NCBI GenBank assembly: GCA_050230475.1
Contig: JBFLGF010000071.1
Location: 1 to 64,000, forward strand
Length of the DNA stretch: 64,000 bases
DNA from: Ancylonema sp.
Lineage: Eukaryota
Direction of reading: 5' to 3'
Position numbers and translations under genes: made by a program
Shown: positions 28,209 to 39,192 of the stretch, piece after piece
Position numbering within the stretch: position 1 is the stretch's first letter
Layout of the letters: the number at the start of each line of letters is the position of its first letter
Notes under the pieces: model-generated
What the model was told of the DNA's origin: nothing
The model's database searches: none
Seen by the model: only the letters and a program-made list of their open reading frames with translations

Positions 28209-31200
28209 ATGTATGGGATTGCTCCCGTACCGACGTCGTCTTGCAGCCCGGGGCTGAGCTCCGTATCACGTAAAGACATTCCTCATTTTGCCATGCGATT
28301 ATCAGAGTTGAGTCTCTTGCGAAGAATATCCTTGTCCCTTGGTGAAATAGGCACATTTCGCACCGCAGCAGCTGCCAATGGGGAAGTACGGGCAGGAAAT
28401 TATGGGGCAGGCGGCAATCGAGCGCGAGCAGCTCAACAGCAGTACACTACACAAAAGAGGACCCTTCCAAACTTCAGAGATGGCTGTATTACGGCCCCTA
28501 TGGCAGAGGCATCTGCCGGAGGCTCATTTCTGGGTAGCAGTCTGCCGTCGACATTGCAGGATAGTCCTCCTCCCTGGGTTCCACCCTTAAAATCCAGGAC
28601 ATCTACGCAACCTTCAAACAAACATTTTTCTGTTATGCCTCGAGACGAGGGAGTGACAGGGGAATCCCACGCGCAACCGGCGAATGCGAGCGTGATTGGC
28701 CGTCCAAGGCAGCATGCGTCAGCAAAGAAGTACATCCCGCCAATCCCACTCGACCCCCCCCGCGGGTATCCCGCTTTTTCTCAGCCCCCTGCTGACTCCT
28801 CCCCATCTTCCCAGTCGCCGCCTCCTTCGCGACAACGTGGTCTGCGAAGAAACCTTTCACAAAGTCTCAAGGATGACACCACAGTTCGTCCGCACACGGA
28901 CTCAGAAGGTCGCCCACCTAAGACCTCCCCAGTCCACAGACCACACCAGTCGGGTGCACCAACTCACCCACGTCAGACATCGGATTCCAAACCTCACGGT
29001 TCGCCTCCACGTCGCCCTTCGGGTTCCCTTCCACCCAAGCGGCGCCGGGCCGAGCCAACCTTTCCTGAACCCCAGGGTTCACCCGACATCGCCCCAGAAG
29101 ACGCCCCCTTCGAATTCCAGTACAGCTACACAGAGACTCCCCGTGTCGCCCCCATCGGCTACAGAGAGCCGCCCTACTCCCCCTTCGGTCCCACCACCAT
29201 GTCCCGCCCCTGGACTGGGGGGCCGCCCCTGAAAAAGGCCAAAAAGGGGCGGTTGCCCAAAATCATACCCGAATTCGACTCCTTTTGCGCCCCCCTCCTG
29301 ATCAAAGGCGCCAAACCGTCCGACGGCCCCGGCCCCTTCGCAGCGGGAGAGGGTCCGCGGTACACTCGGAGCCGGGAAGAAGTGCTGGGCGAGCCTCTGA
29401 CGCGAGCGGAAGTGAGGGAGCTGGTGGCGGATTGCGTGAAGGGGAACCGACAAGTGAACCTGGGTGAGTCTGGGGGTGCCTGGGGACTGGGGGTCGCCAA
29501 GTACTGAAATGAGCCCACTTTTCACTGGGGCTCTCCATCCTCATTGAGCTCACAAGACATGCGAATGGAAGGCGGCCTGAGCGCCAGCTGGTCCTGTATG
29601 TGGGTAATCAAAGACCAATGAGCCCACGTCTATTCAGGGCTCTCCCTCCCCATCGACCCCACAAGACATGTGGATGGACGCCAGGTGGCGTCGTTACTTC
29701 TCTCCAGACATTCTTATCCTTGGGTTCGGGTTTTGGGATCTGGGTTCTCCAGGCCGCGACGGTTTGATCCACAACATGCTCGACCTCATCCACTGCCACT
29801 GGAAGCGTCGCCGTGTGTGCAAAGTAAAGTGCTAGGGGGTGCCCACCGTAGACATGGACAACGTGTGCAAAGAAATCGAGGTGAGGGACCAAGACGCCTC
29901 ACCCTTCTCACACTGGGGTCGTTGAAAAAACTCTTTTCAAGACTCTCTTATCGCCTCGATCGTACAGCTGTCACTCCCGCAGCGATGGTGTCCCCCTCCA
30001 CCAATGGGTCGACAGCCTCGGCTGCTGACCTGCCAGGTGGCAGGGACAGGTGTCGCGGGTCCTGCTGCCAGAATGCCGCCTACCGCGGGTCATGGTATTC
30101 TGTGTTCTGTGGGTCCAGGATAAGACGGGGGGGAGGATCGTGGAGCGTGCGGGTGGGGTGTTGTACGTGTACCGTGGACGGAATTACAACTTCACACTGA
30201 GGCCGCGCTTCCCCCTCATGCTCTGGAAGCCGCATGCCCCCATCTACCCCAGGCTCATTGACGACGCGCCACCTGGCCTCTCCCTACTGGAGGCCAACCT
30301 GATGCGCCACGCAGGCCGCAAACTGAAAGCCTTCACAAGAATCGGTGGGGGGGGGGGGGGGGGTGCCTGAAGTGATCAAATATCTCATCACACAAATCCT
30401 GTCCGTATCATTTTGGGCGTCTTTCTCGCCCACTGGTGTGACCAGAGGGGGAAGATGAAGAGGGAGATGACACGTGTCTAACCATCCCCATCCCCCCCCC
30501 CTGCAGCCAAGAACGGTGTCTACCTCCACTTAGTCCAAGAAGTGCGTGAGGCTCTGCTCCACCCTCACTCCCTCCCCGTCCCCTGCAGGGGGGTGGAGCG
30601 GGGGGTGCTGGAAAAGGTGGGCGGCACCGGGAACGGGTTGCGGTTGCACCTCCGGGTTGGGGGGGCGGGTAGCCGAGGGGAGAGGGATGAGGAGGAGGAT
30701 GTGGAGTCAGCTGTGCTGGAGGGCTGTGTGGCGAAGGTGGACTGCACGGGGCTGGAGAAGAGCGACTACCGAAAAATTGGGGCGAAATTGAGGGTAGGCA
30801 CTTAGAATTATTGTTATGGCCCTCCGTGTGACCGGAGGAGGGGAGAGAGAAGGACAAGATAACGTCGATAGAGGGGATAGTGGTGTTGTCTACCGATATT
30901 TCCATTGCGTCCAAACAAAGCATGATTTCGTGTGCAGTGTGTTGCTCACCGCACCCATGCGCGTGAGGCATTAGACCAACAATGGTATATATACTATTTA
31001 TTGTCCCTTTTTTTTTTTTTTTTTTTTTTTTAATTATTATTATCAAATTTCCTTTCTTATCATGTGTATCAGTATAATTATTATGTACGCTTCTACTATC
31101 ACTTGTATTGATGTTCTCATTGTCAATACAAGATTGTTTTTATTTGCGTAACTTTTCTTCATCGTGCAATTATTATCATAGTTATTGTAATTATTGGAGT

Positions 31201-31825
31201 TTTTATTATCACTATCAAAACTATTGGTATTGAATCATCACCGTTATTTTCATAATCAATTTGACCACCCAATATTATTTCCATTATTATTACAGTGTTG
31301 CTATATTCGTCATTATCGATTATATTTACCTCGCTACTAAAGTTGTCACTCTATGTTAGGCGTGTTCATTTTGGCGTCTCCGATTGCAGGTTAAAGTTGG
31401 GGGTTCAAGAGTGAATTTCATCGCAAAAACAAAGTTGTGACCGGATCATTGTGATCTTCGTCGGTTGGTTGCAGGATTTAGTCCCTTGCATTCTGATCTC
31501 CTTCGAAAAAGAGCAAATACTGGTTTGGAAGGGATCTCCCAATAATACTCTAGATGAGACTAGCAAAGAAGGCGAGACGATGGACTCTGAGGTTGACTCA
31601 AGGGACTCTATTGTCGAAGATGAAACTTTGGGACTCTTCCCGTCTTTAAAGATAGATAGTGGCGATGGGGAGGACAAGAACGGGTTGACGCAAAGCCAAG
31701 TCACGAATGACAAACATAGAGGGGTGTGTGACAAATTCGATGAGTTGTGGGAGGCAGCATTGCAGACGGGGGTGGCCAGTCCGCTTGAGGAAGAGCAAGG
31801 GGGGCGAAAGGGTGCAAAGGCATAG
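28209..31825 (+). CDS. CAF1: CRS2-associated factor (CAF1/CAF2/mCSF-like; two CRM domains; organellar group II intron splicing); in-frame TAG at 29833-29835
   Basis: Exons 28209 (or 28292)-29463, 29753-29880, 30119-30344, 30507-30793, 31475-31825. Motifs [126 protein letters not shown]. Confidence 0.9.
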
Positions 31826-34800
31826 GGTAGTGGAGGTTGATTCTTAGGCTACAAAGAGGCTATCTCCATAAAGGCACGTGGGGGCTCCGGTATTGGCGCA
31901 CGTAGTGTGGAACATAAAATAGGCACTCGTGCTAGGAGGTGAAGATTTACATGTGCCTTCATGAGTCTACAACATGGGCGCAAATCATGATTCTGGAATA
32001 CATGTAATTGTACAACCGATGTTGTGTGATATCGATGGACACGATGTTGTGTGACAAATACCCTAAAAGTGTACACAATGTTTGGCAGCGAGACAGAGTG
32101 CACCTAAACATTGCAGTTTTCTATTTTTGCATATGGCTAGTGCAAATATTTTTGTGGTTGATGATATGAACCTTGAGTCGACTTTGAACTTGTTAATGAC
32201 TATAAATAGAGAACGCATTGGGCAAACGAAGTGTTAAATGTCGGGGGTTGAGGCTTCCAATTGGAAGTAATGCCCGTTGTGGTTATGTATCGTAGAAGAA
32301 ACTCAGCTCCTTCATAGTCTCGTGAAATTTTGTTTAATTGTGAATCAACTTTCTACATCAATCGCCTTATTGCGTACAAAGGAGGATGATTTATTTTTAT
32401 TGAAAATCACGACAAATGCGTAAAACATGTTGCATTTGTTTCGTCTACGCCGTAAGTCATGGTTTAAGGATCCTTCGTACTAGCTTTCAGAGTCTTGCTA
32501 CGGTTTGTAGAGTGAGGAAGGATTTAGATGGGATGGGTTGAGATGGACGTGGGCTTTCCATCTCACTCGGGAGTTTGAGTTAACCCGAATATAGCTTTCT
32601 AGGTACCGTATTGGCCGTAGATAATGACCAAGAAAATATTCCGAAAAGGGTGAGTCACTAGAAAATTAGTTGGTGAAAGGGTGGGTCATTCTATATGCGG
32701 GTCGTCAGATAAATGTTGAAACTCAAGAGTTTTGGAAGTTTCGTGGTGGGTGTGCGGGTGAGTCAATTGGTGGGTGAACCACGGGTTTTTTTCATATCAT
32801 TATATTTAATCATTATTTTGATATAAGACCATTGTGAAAAGCCAAGAAATTTGCATGTCCCTACCCTCATGAGCTTGTTTCTTATGCAAACGTGAAGTTC
32901 GGCGATTATGTCATAGTTGCACGGACCAGCAAGATTTGTTTTTCGGACCGCGATCACCAGGTCCGGAGTCGAGTTCCGGTCGAACCTGGGATATTTTAAG
33001 AAAATTATCCCAGGTTGTCAAATTTTGTTAATCTTTTATAAAAAAAAACCGTTCTTTTTTGTCCACGGTAAACCTTTCAAAATGCCGAAAGAAAAACATA
33101 CAACCGAAAGTATCCTACTGACGCCTGTCCGGCATTTTAAAGTGAAATGACGGATCCCGGTCCGGAATCGGGACCTCGGAACTCCGGTCCGCCGATCGGT
33201 GCAACTATGGATTCCGTTGTAAGTGGACATCGGGGTGACATTTATACTGTGGGCGTACGATCGTCCTTTCGTGGTCTCAAACACAAAGTGACAGAAAAAT
33301 GACAGAGGCAACTGCATTGACGTGACATCCCTGCGTGACGGGACTGGCTGAAACCCCACGAGTATTAGCATGTCAATCCGCGATAAATTTTGCAGCCTAA
33401 TTTCGAATCCGGCCTTATTTCGCGTCGAGGCAGGCGGCCCGGAAAATAAAAAAATCGATAACACGGACCCGAGTGTACGAATCGAATGATGTCGCCTCTA
33501 CAACATATTCACGGATGATGTAGGATCCATTTGCGATGGAAAACTTCAGTCGCGCCTTGTTTTCAATCTACTTCTCCGTTTTGCCCGATTCCTTTTGCAT
33601 GCGGAAGCCCCCTCAGTCTCCCGTTCTCTCATGGGGTGCCCTATATAAGCGAATCCCTCATGGGGTGCCCTATGTAAGCGCAGAGGACGTTCGACCCTCG
33701 AAAACTCTCGGCGATGAAACCAGGGAGGGCACAAGGCGGCAAATGAGATGATCTACCTTGCAAACATAGATCCAAGAAGATGGTCGAAGATCATGGCGCG
33801 TTCAAGGCGTTGCTAAAAAGACCTGAGTTGCATGTCATGCAACCTCACGATACGAATCGGTGCAGTTTTTTTCGAGATGGACCACGTGGTAGCTCTCTTA
33901 GAAGCGCATATTGAGATAAAATGGCTACTTCCACATTCTCTTAGCAATCTAGCAAAAAAAGAGTTAGAGTCCGTTTTGGTCACTCTACAGGTACCGACTC
34001 CAGCAGGGGATCAAAGTAGAGAGGATCAGCGCTAGCAGCTGAAGAATGGTACACTCAAACCGTGTCATGTTGTTAGCATCTACCTCCACGAGGAAGCCAA
34101 TCGGGTGGTTTTTGAAGCTCCATCAAGAGCTTGCTTGAATATTCATGCAGATGAAGAAAGGGTGCCAGATAATACCGAAAGGGCGTCCAAAGGGGAGGAG
34201 AGATAGTCAGTTGCTCACTTGCTGGGCTCAGACCTAGGCTCGGAGCCCAAAATCCATAAAGGTTTGAAAAAAGCGGGAAGTAAACGGATCCTAGGGCCAC
34301 ATGTAACTGCCAACATAGATATCCTTAAAATCAAGCCGCCATTCGTATTCGCCACTGTATTTATGAGCTCCTTAGGGCCGATGGATGTCTTTGATGCATT
34401 TTTGGCGTAGGGGTTTACATTTCCCATTTGATGATAATAAAATTTGGATCAACATTGTGAGAACATTTTTTTGGACGTGGCTCCGAAAAAAATCGATACT
34501 AATAATTTAACAAAAAACACGTCATTTTACATGTCCGAAATTGCCCTTTTTTCGATGTATAAAAAGATCGTGGCCACTATTGCATGATGTGATATCTCCC
34601 GAAGGACATCGCGGTGATATTGATATTGCATACAAGTCCGAATGATGCAGACGACAACAATTCCATCATGTTCAAAAATTATAATGGTAGAGTGCGTTAT
34701 GCTTGTCAACAATATAACGGTTGTCACTCTTAGTATTCTACAGAAGAGTGATTTTTTCATCATCGATTAGTTTCACGGCTTTTCCTAATCGATAGTGATT

Positions 34801-35862
34801 GTCGACTAGCTCTCGGCGTCAAGTAATATACCACACATCAACGATGAAATGCGATGGTTGTAGCGAAACACCTAGATCTCACACAGACTCAATCTGCATC
34901 CCTACTCCAATCTGTCATCCGGCCTAGGGTGCCAATTTCTTGAAAGGTGTAGTCGGGTGACCCTAGGTCTGGGTTGAGTGGTGGTAAAGCGCGACGTGAG
35001 TTGTCGAAGAGGTTGGATCCTGATGGATGGCAATATAACAACGAACTGAAAAAAAAACACAAACCGTACTTTTTTTATTTATATTCTTTGTTGGGCCCGG
35101 ACGTATTCGGAATTTACCGGATATGTCCAAAGAAGTGGTGTTGAGGCCAAATGCGAGGCTTGGCCAGAAAAAGGTTGTCCGGTACCCAACTATGTACGTT
35201 CGTACCCTGTGCATTACGTCTTACCCATACATGTACGGAATCCATACGAAACCTTCTCCATATTGGCCATTCTTTGGGGCTGGGGTGGGGTAACGAAATT
35301 GATTAAAAAACTTGACTTTTTGGGGGTATCTATAGTGATGGGGTAACGAAGATCCGGTACCGGTATTTGGGGTGGGGGAAAGGGGGGTGAGAAACCCCTT
35401 ATCTTTGTAGAAGGGTTGGGAATCTACAAATTATCGAGCAACACAAACTGAAGTGCACCATGGGTTTGTATTTACATGACAAAAAAAATAAACATGCCTT
35501 TTCATACGACTCAAATGTAATAATGTGCGTTGTGTTACAAATATTAGCGCTCAACTCGCATTACATTTATCATAACTTTGGAATCAAAATTTTATTGCAA
35601 TATTTGTAAATGGTTTTTTTTTTTTTTTTTTTTTTTTTGGGGGGGCTGTGAGGCTGCTTTTGAGCTCCGCGGGGCTGCGTCCGGCTGCATGGTGCTTTTT
35701 GGGCTGCGTGTTGCTTCTTGGGGCTGCGTGGGGTCACGTGGAGTTGCGTGGGGTTGCGTTTGGTTGCGAAAAAACAGCAACCCAACCATAAATGGGCGCG
35801 CACCGTGCGCAAGATTTGCGCACGCGTGCGGTACGCGTGCCGCACCGGGACAATTTCAGTAA

Positions 35863-36144
35863 GGGAGAGACTGCGGGCACCCCCCAAAGCGACTGCGGGC
35901 ACCCCCCTCCGACTAGCCCGCAGTCTTTCCCTTGAAAAAATGTAAGTTCAGTGTTTTTTATCCTCCAAACGTGTTTCGATATTGTTTTTTTTTTTTTTTT
36001 TGTGTGTTGTAGATGAGACTACGAAGTAAATATTAGCATTGTTTTTTTTTTTTTTTTCCGATCAATGTGGAGTGAAAAAAATGAAGAGACTTCGGGCTGT
36101 CGGAAGGGGGTGCCCGCAGTCGCTTTGTGCCCGCAGTCTCTCCC
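35863..36144. mobile_element. MULE-like MITE with 9-bp TSD TTTCAGTAA
   Basis: tttcagtaa|gggagagactgcgggcac...gtgcccgcagtctctccc|tttcagtaa. Confidence 0.85.
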
Positions 36145-36677
36145 TTTCAGTAATCGAATTCGGACGTCGAAATTTGATAAAGTAGTGAAAACTGACAATT
36201 TTGCACTGTAAGTAGTTCGATATAACGTCTTAGGCCCCAAAGTGAATACTGCCACGTTGTAACCGGATCACCAAATACATTTCATGATTTTGGAAACATC
36301 CCGGCACCCCTGGGGTGTAGGAAGTACCCCCCCCCCTTGGGGAATAATATTATAATTTTAACGCCTATTGGCGCGCACCGTGCGCGATATTTGTGCGCGC
36401 GTGCCGCACACGCGCGGGACGCGTACGCGAAAGACCCATCTGTGAACCCAACCCTTGAAAACGTTTGTTTTCGGGGGGAAACAAGGGGTGGGGGGGTATG
36501 ATGGGGGAGGGTCTTGCCGCAAGGTCCTCCCGCGGACGGGAGACGACCCAGGAGACGACCGGAGAAACAAATCGGGGCTCCCCGCCCCTAGGAATAAGGT
36601 CACGTGTCCCACGTCGTTGCCTCGGCGCCAACCACGCGGCGGGCGATGGCGTGGTGGCCAACCCGACTGCACTTATA

Positions 36678-37467
36678 GGGAGATGTTACGCGCAGACTGG
36701 TAACGACTGCGCGCAGACTAAATCCTGCGCGCAGAATGCGTAATTTGCCGTCAAAATTAATCAGATAACCCGGACTGCACACGTGTAACAATATTGCCAC
36801 ATCAGCGAAACGAAGCATGAGGTTCGGTAGCCTCCCTTTCCACTAAATTCGGCCTCTACTGCACCCTGATGCTAATCGCGGACTTTCCACTGCGGGCTAT
36901 TGTCATCCGCAGCCCTTCAATTTAACCGACCTGAGCGAATATGCCACCAAATTGAAAGCGGAGACACGCTCTGTTCTGTGATCCCACTTTCAAATTTTAT
37001 TGAAAAAAAATAACGAAAAATACTTTTGACGCCATAATGTAGCACAGTATATGAAACAATATTATGGCAAGACAGCGCGCGCGACCAGCATAACAGGAAG
37101 CATTGAGAACTTTTTTATTATTATTTTAATGCGGAAGATACAGAAGAATGTCGAAAAAACATATTCATCGTAAAAATTTGAAGAAAGGTGGGGTATGCAC
37201 TCGATGCGGATAAGTCGTGGCTGCCAAGGAAGGTAGTAAAGAGAGCGAATCGGGAGAGGCCGTCGGTCGGATGAAGCTGGTTCACGTACAGCGGCAATTA
37301 TGCCACGATAAACCGAGATACTACCAAAGATTCACGCCAACATCGATTTTCTACGGGTAGTACCGGGAGAGTCCGGGTAATTCGACGGCAAGTTTTGAAC
37401 GGCCAAATCACCAGCCGGTACCCTTAGTCTGCGCGGAGTCGTTGCCAGTCTGCGCGTAATATCTCCC
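36678..37467. mobile_element. TIR element (GGGAGA termini, ~45-bp TIR) with 8-bp TSD CACTTATA
   Basis: cacttata|gggagatgttacgcgcagactggtaacgactgcgcgcagactaa ... ttagtctgcgcggagtcgttgccagtctgcgcgtaatatctccc|cacttata. Confidence 0.8.
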
Positions 37468-38169
37468 CACTTATATAGGCAACGGTTGGCCCACCCGGAT
37501 GGCTTTTGACCAGCCGCAATCCAACTCTCACCCGGTTGGATAATCCTCACCCGGTTGGGATGCGGTCGGGGCAGTTGGGTTGCGGTTGGTTGCGGTTGTG
37601 GAAATGAGAAAACAAATAAAAGGTGTAGAGGAAAAATCCGCTTTGCATTTTTCTCTTTTCCCTGTCTCAAAAAAACGAAAAAAAAATCGAGTATGATGCA
37701 CATAGTTATTTCATGGTGTCTTCTTCCAAAATATTTATAGCCGTATGTGAAAGTGATCCTTTCGGTTCCTTTAGTTATCTATAAAGATTCACGTGTTCAT
37801 ATTGTGAACCATCCCATATTCATTTGGGATGTGTTCTTGTTTATTATATTCATGTTGAAAAAAATACATCATTTAACCTCACTCGTAAATTTCCATTTTT
37901 TTTTCATTTTCCACACTCCATATTTTGATAAAGCGTTCATGCGGAGAGTGCAAGTGGACATTACAACAATGTATTTACACTATCATAACACTTATTTACT
38001 CTATCATCATACATCAAGGTTGAAGCCTAGTCCACAGCATCAAAGAAATGGCAAAGAAGACTTCCAATACATATACCACCAGTGCGAGCATCTAACTTCG
38101 ATGGATCGACTTGATCCGACGTGGTTTCTGAAATATTCGTTACAAAGTTTGATTTGGCCCCCTAGTTTG

Positions 38170-38580
38170 ACTTGGCACCCCACGCAACGTGATTAGGTGG
38201 ATTGCGCGGCTTGTCGAGGGTTGGTGGCCGAAGAGGATTCGGAACGGCGCAAAGAAATCCATTATCGTGATCGCACTGTGGGGACCAAGTTTATCCCGTT
38301 TGCGTTGGAGACGTACGGTGCGCTTTCCGATGCGAGCAATCGGTTGTTGGTGGATTGTGCTCCCCGTGCGGCGCATTTGAATGGGCAATTGGGCCAAAAT
38401 GTTAGTTTGCTAGTTATTGGTTTTGGCAGAGAGTTTATGTTGCGTTACAACGTTCTCTAGCATATGCAATCCATGCTAGGACGTTGCGATTGGAGCACGG
38501 TATGGCTCTGTTACCCCCCTTCCCCCTCCGCAGGTGTCATTGTCGTCAACAAAGTTACTGATTGTTGCTCGGGTGTGTTA
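38170..38580 (+). mobile_element. 3' remnant of an RLE-type (CRE-like) non-LTR retrotransposon
   Basis: AEEDSERRKEIHYRDRTVGTKFIPFALETYGAL, then in a shifted frame YWFWQRVYVALQRSLAYAI. These resemble the K..KY...F.PFA.ET.G and QR.S..LQR.NA motifs of restriction-like endonuclease elements. Confidence 0.7.
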
Positions 38581-39192
38581 GGGTGGGGTTTGTTTTCCTT
38601 ATTTTGTTTTGTTAGGGCGAAATAACACAAGTCTCGTACTCACATGGGGCTCCCATCGTGCTTTAATAAAATGCCTCTCTTCTTTTTCTACTTTTACATT
38701 TGAAATTCTAAATTTTTCGTTTCCACTCTTTGCCATTTTGCCGACCGCCCAGCCGCATCCCATCCGGATGGCACCTTTCTGACCAGGTGGCAGTTGGGTT
38801 GCGGCTGGGAATAAACCACCCGGTAGTGCCCAACCGAAAACGGTCGGGTCCAGAGGTCGGCGATGAAAAATGCGGAGGTAGCAACGCCGTGACGTGGGGA
38901 GGGCGAGCCCTCTGCGGGGGCCCCCCGGCCTCGGAGGGACCAACGCCTCAGTGGTGTCAAAACTTTTGACCCAGAGGTCAGAAGGGTAGGACCGAAGCTG
39001 ACCCACCGATACAGTGAGGTGGGAACTATGTGAGGGGATACAGCTTGTTTCCTTCATATAATCACATACTTTCGATATGCATCTACGCTTCTCGACGTGT
39101 GCCACGCGCTTCGCCTCCAGCCAGAGCGGAGTTGTTGGCACGAGACCCTTGAGTTGAACTCGAGATTGACCGAAATCCTATTTATAGCCAGT

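Noticed and set aside
29824..29835. GTAAAGTGCTAG as a 12-nt GT-AG micro-intron removing the CAF TAG
   Set aside because: Far below plausible spliceosomal intron size, and it would delete conserved K-C residues.
33536..34427. Several short ORFs suggesting a gene
   Set aside because: No recognisable motif or consistent splice model; possibly decayed TE sequence.
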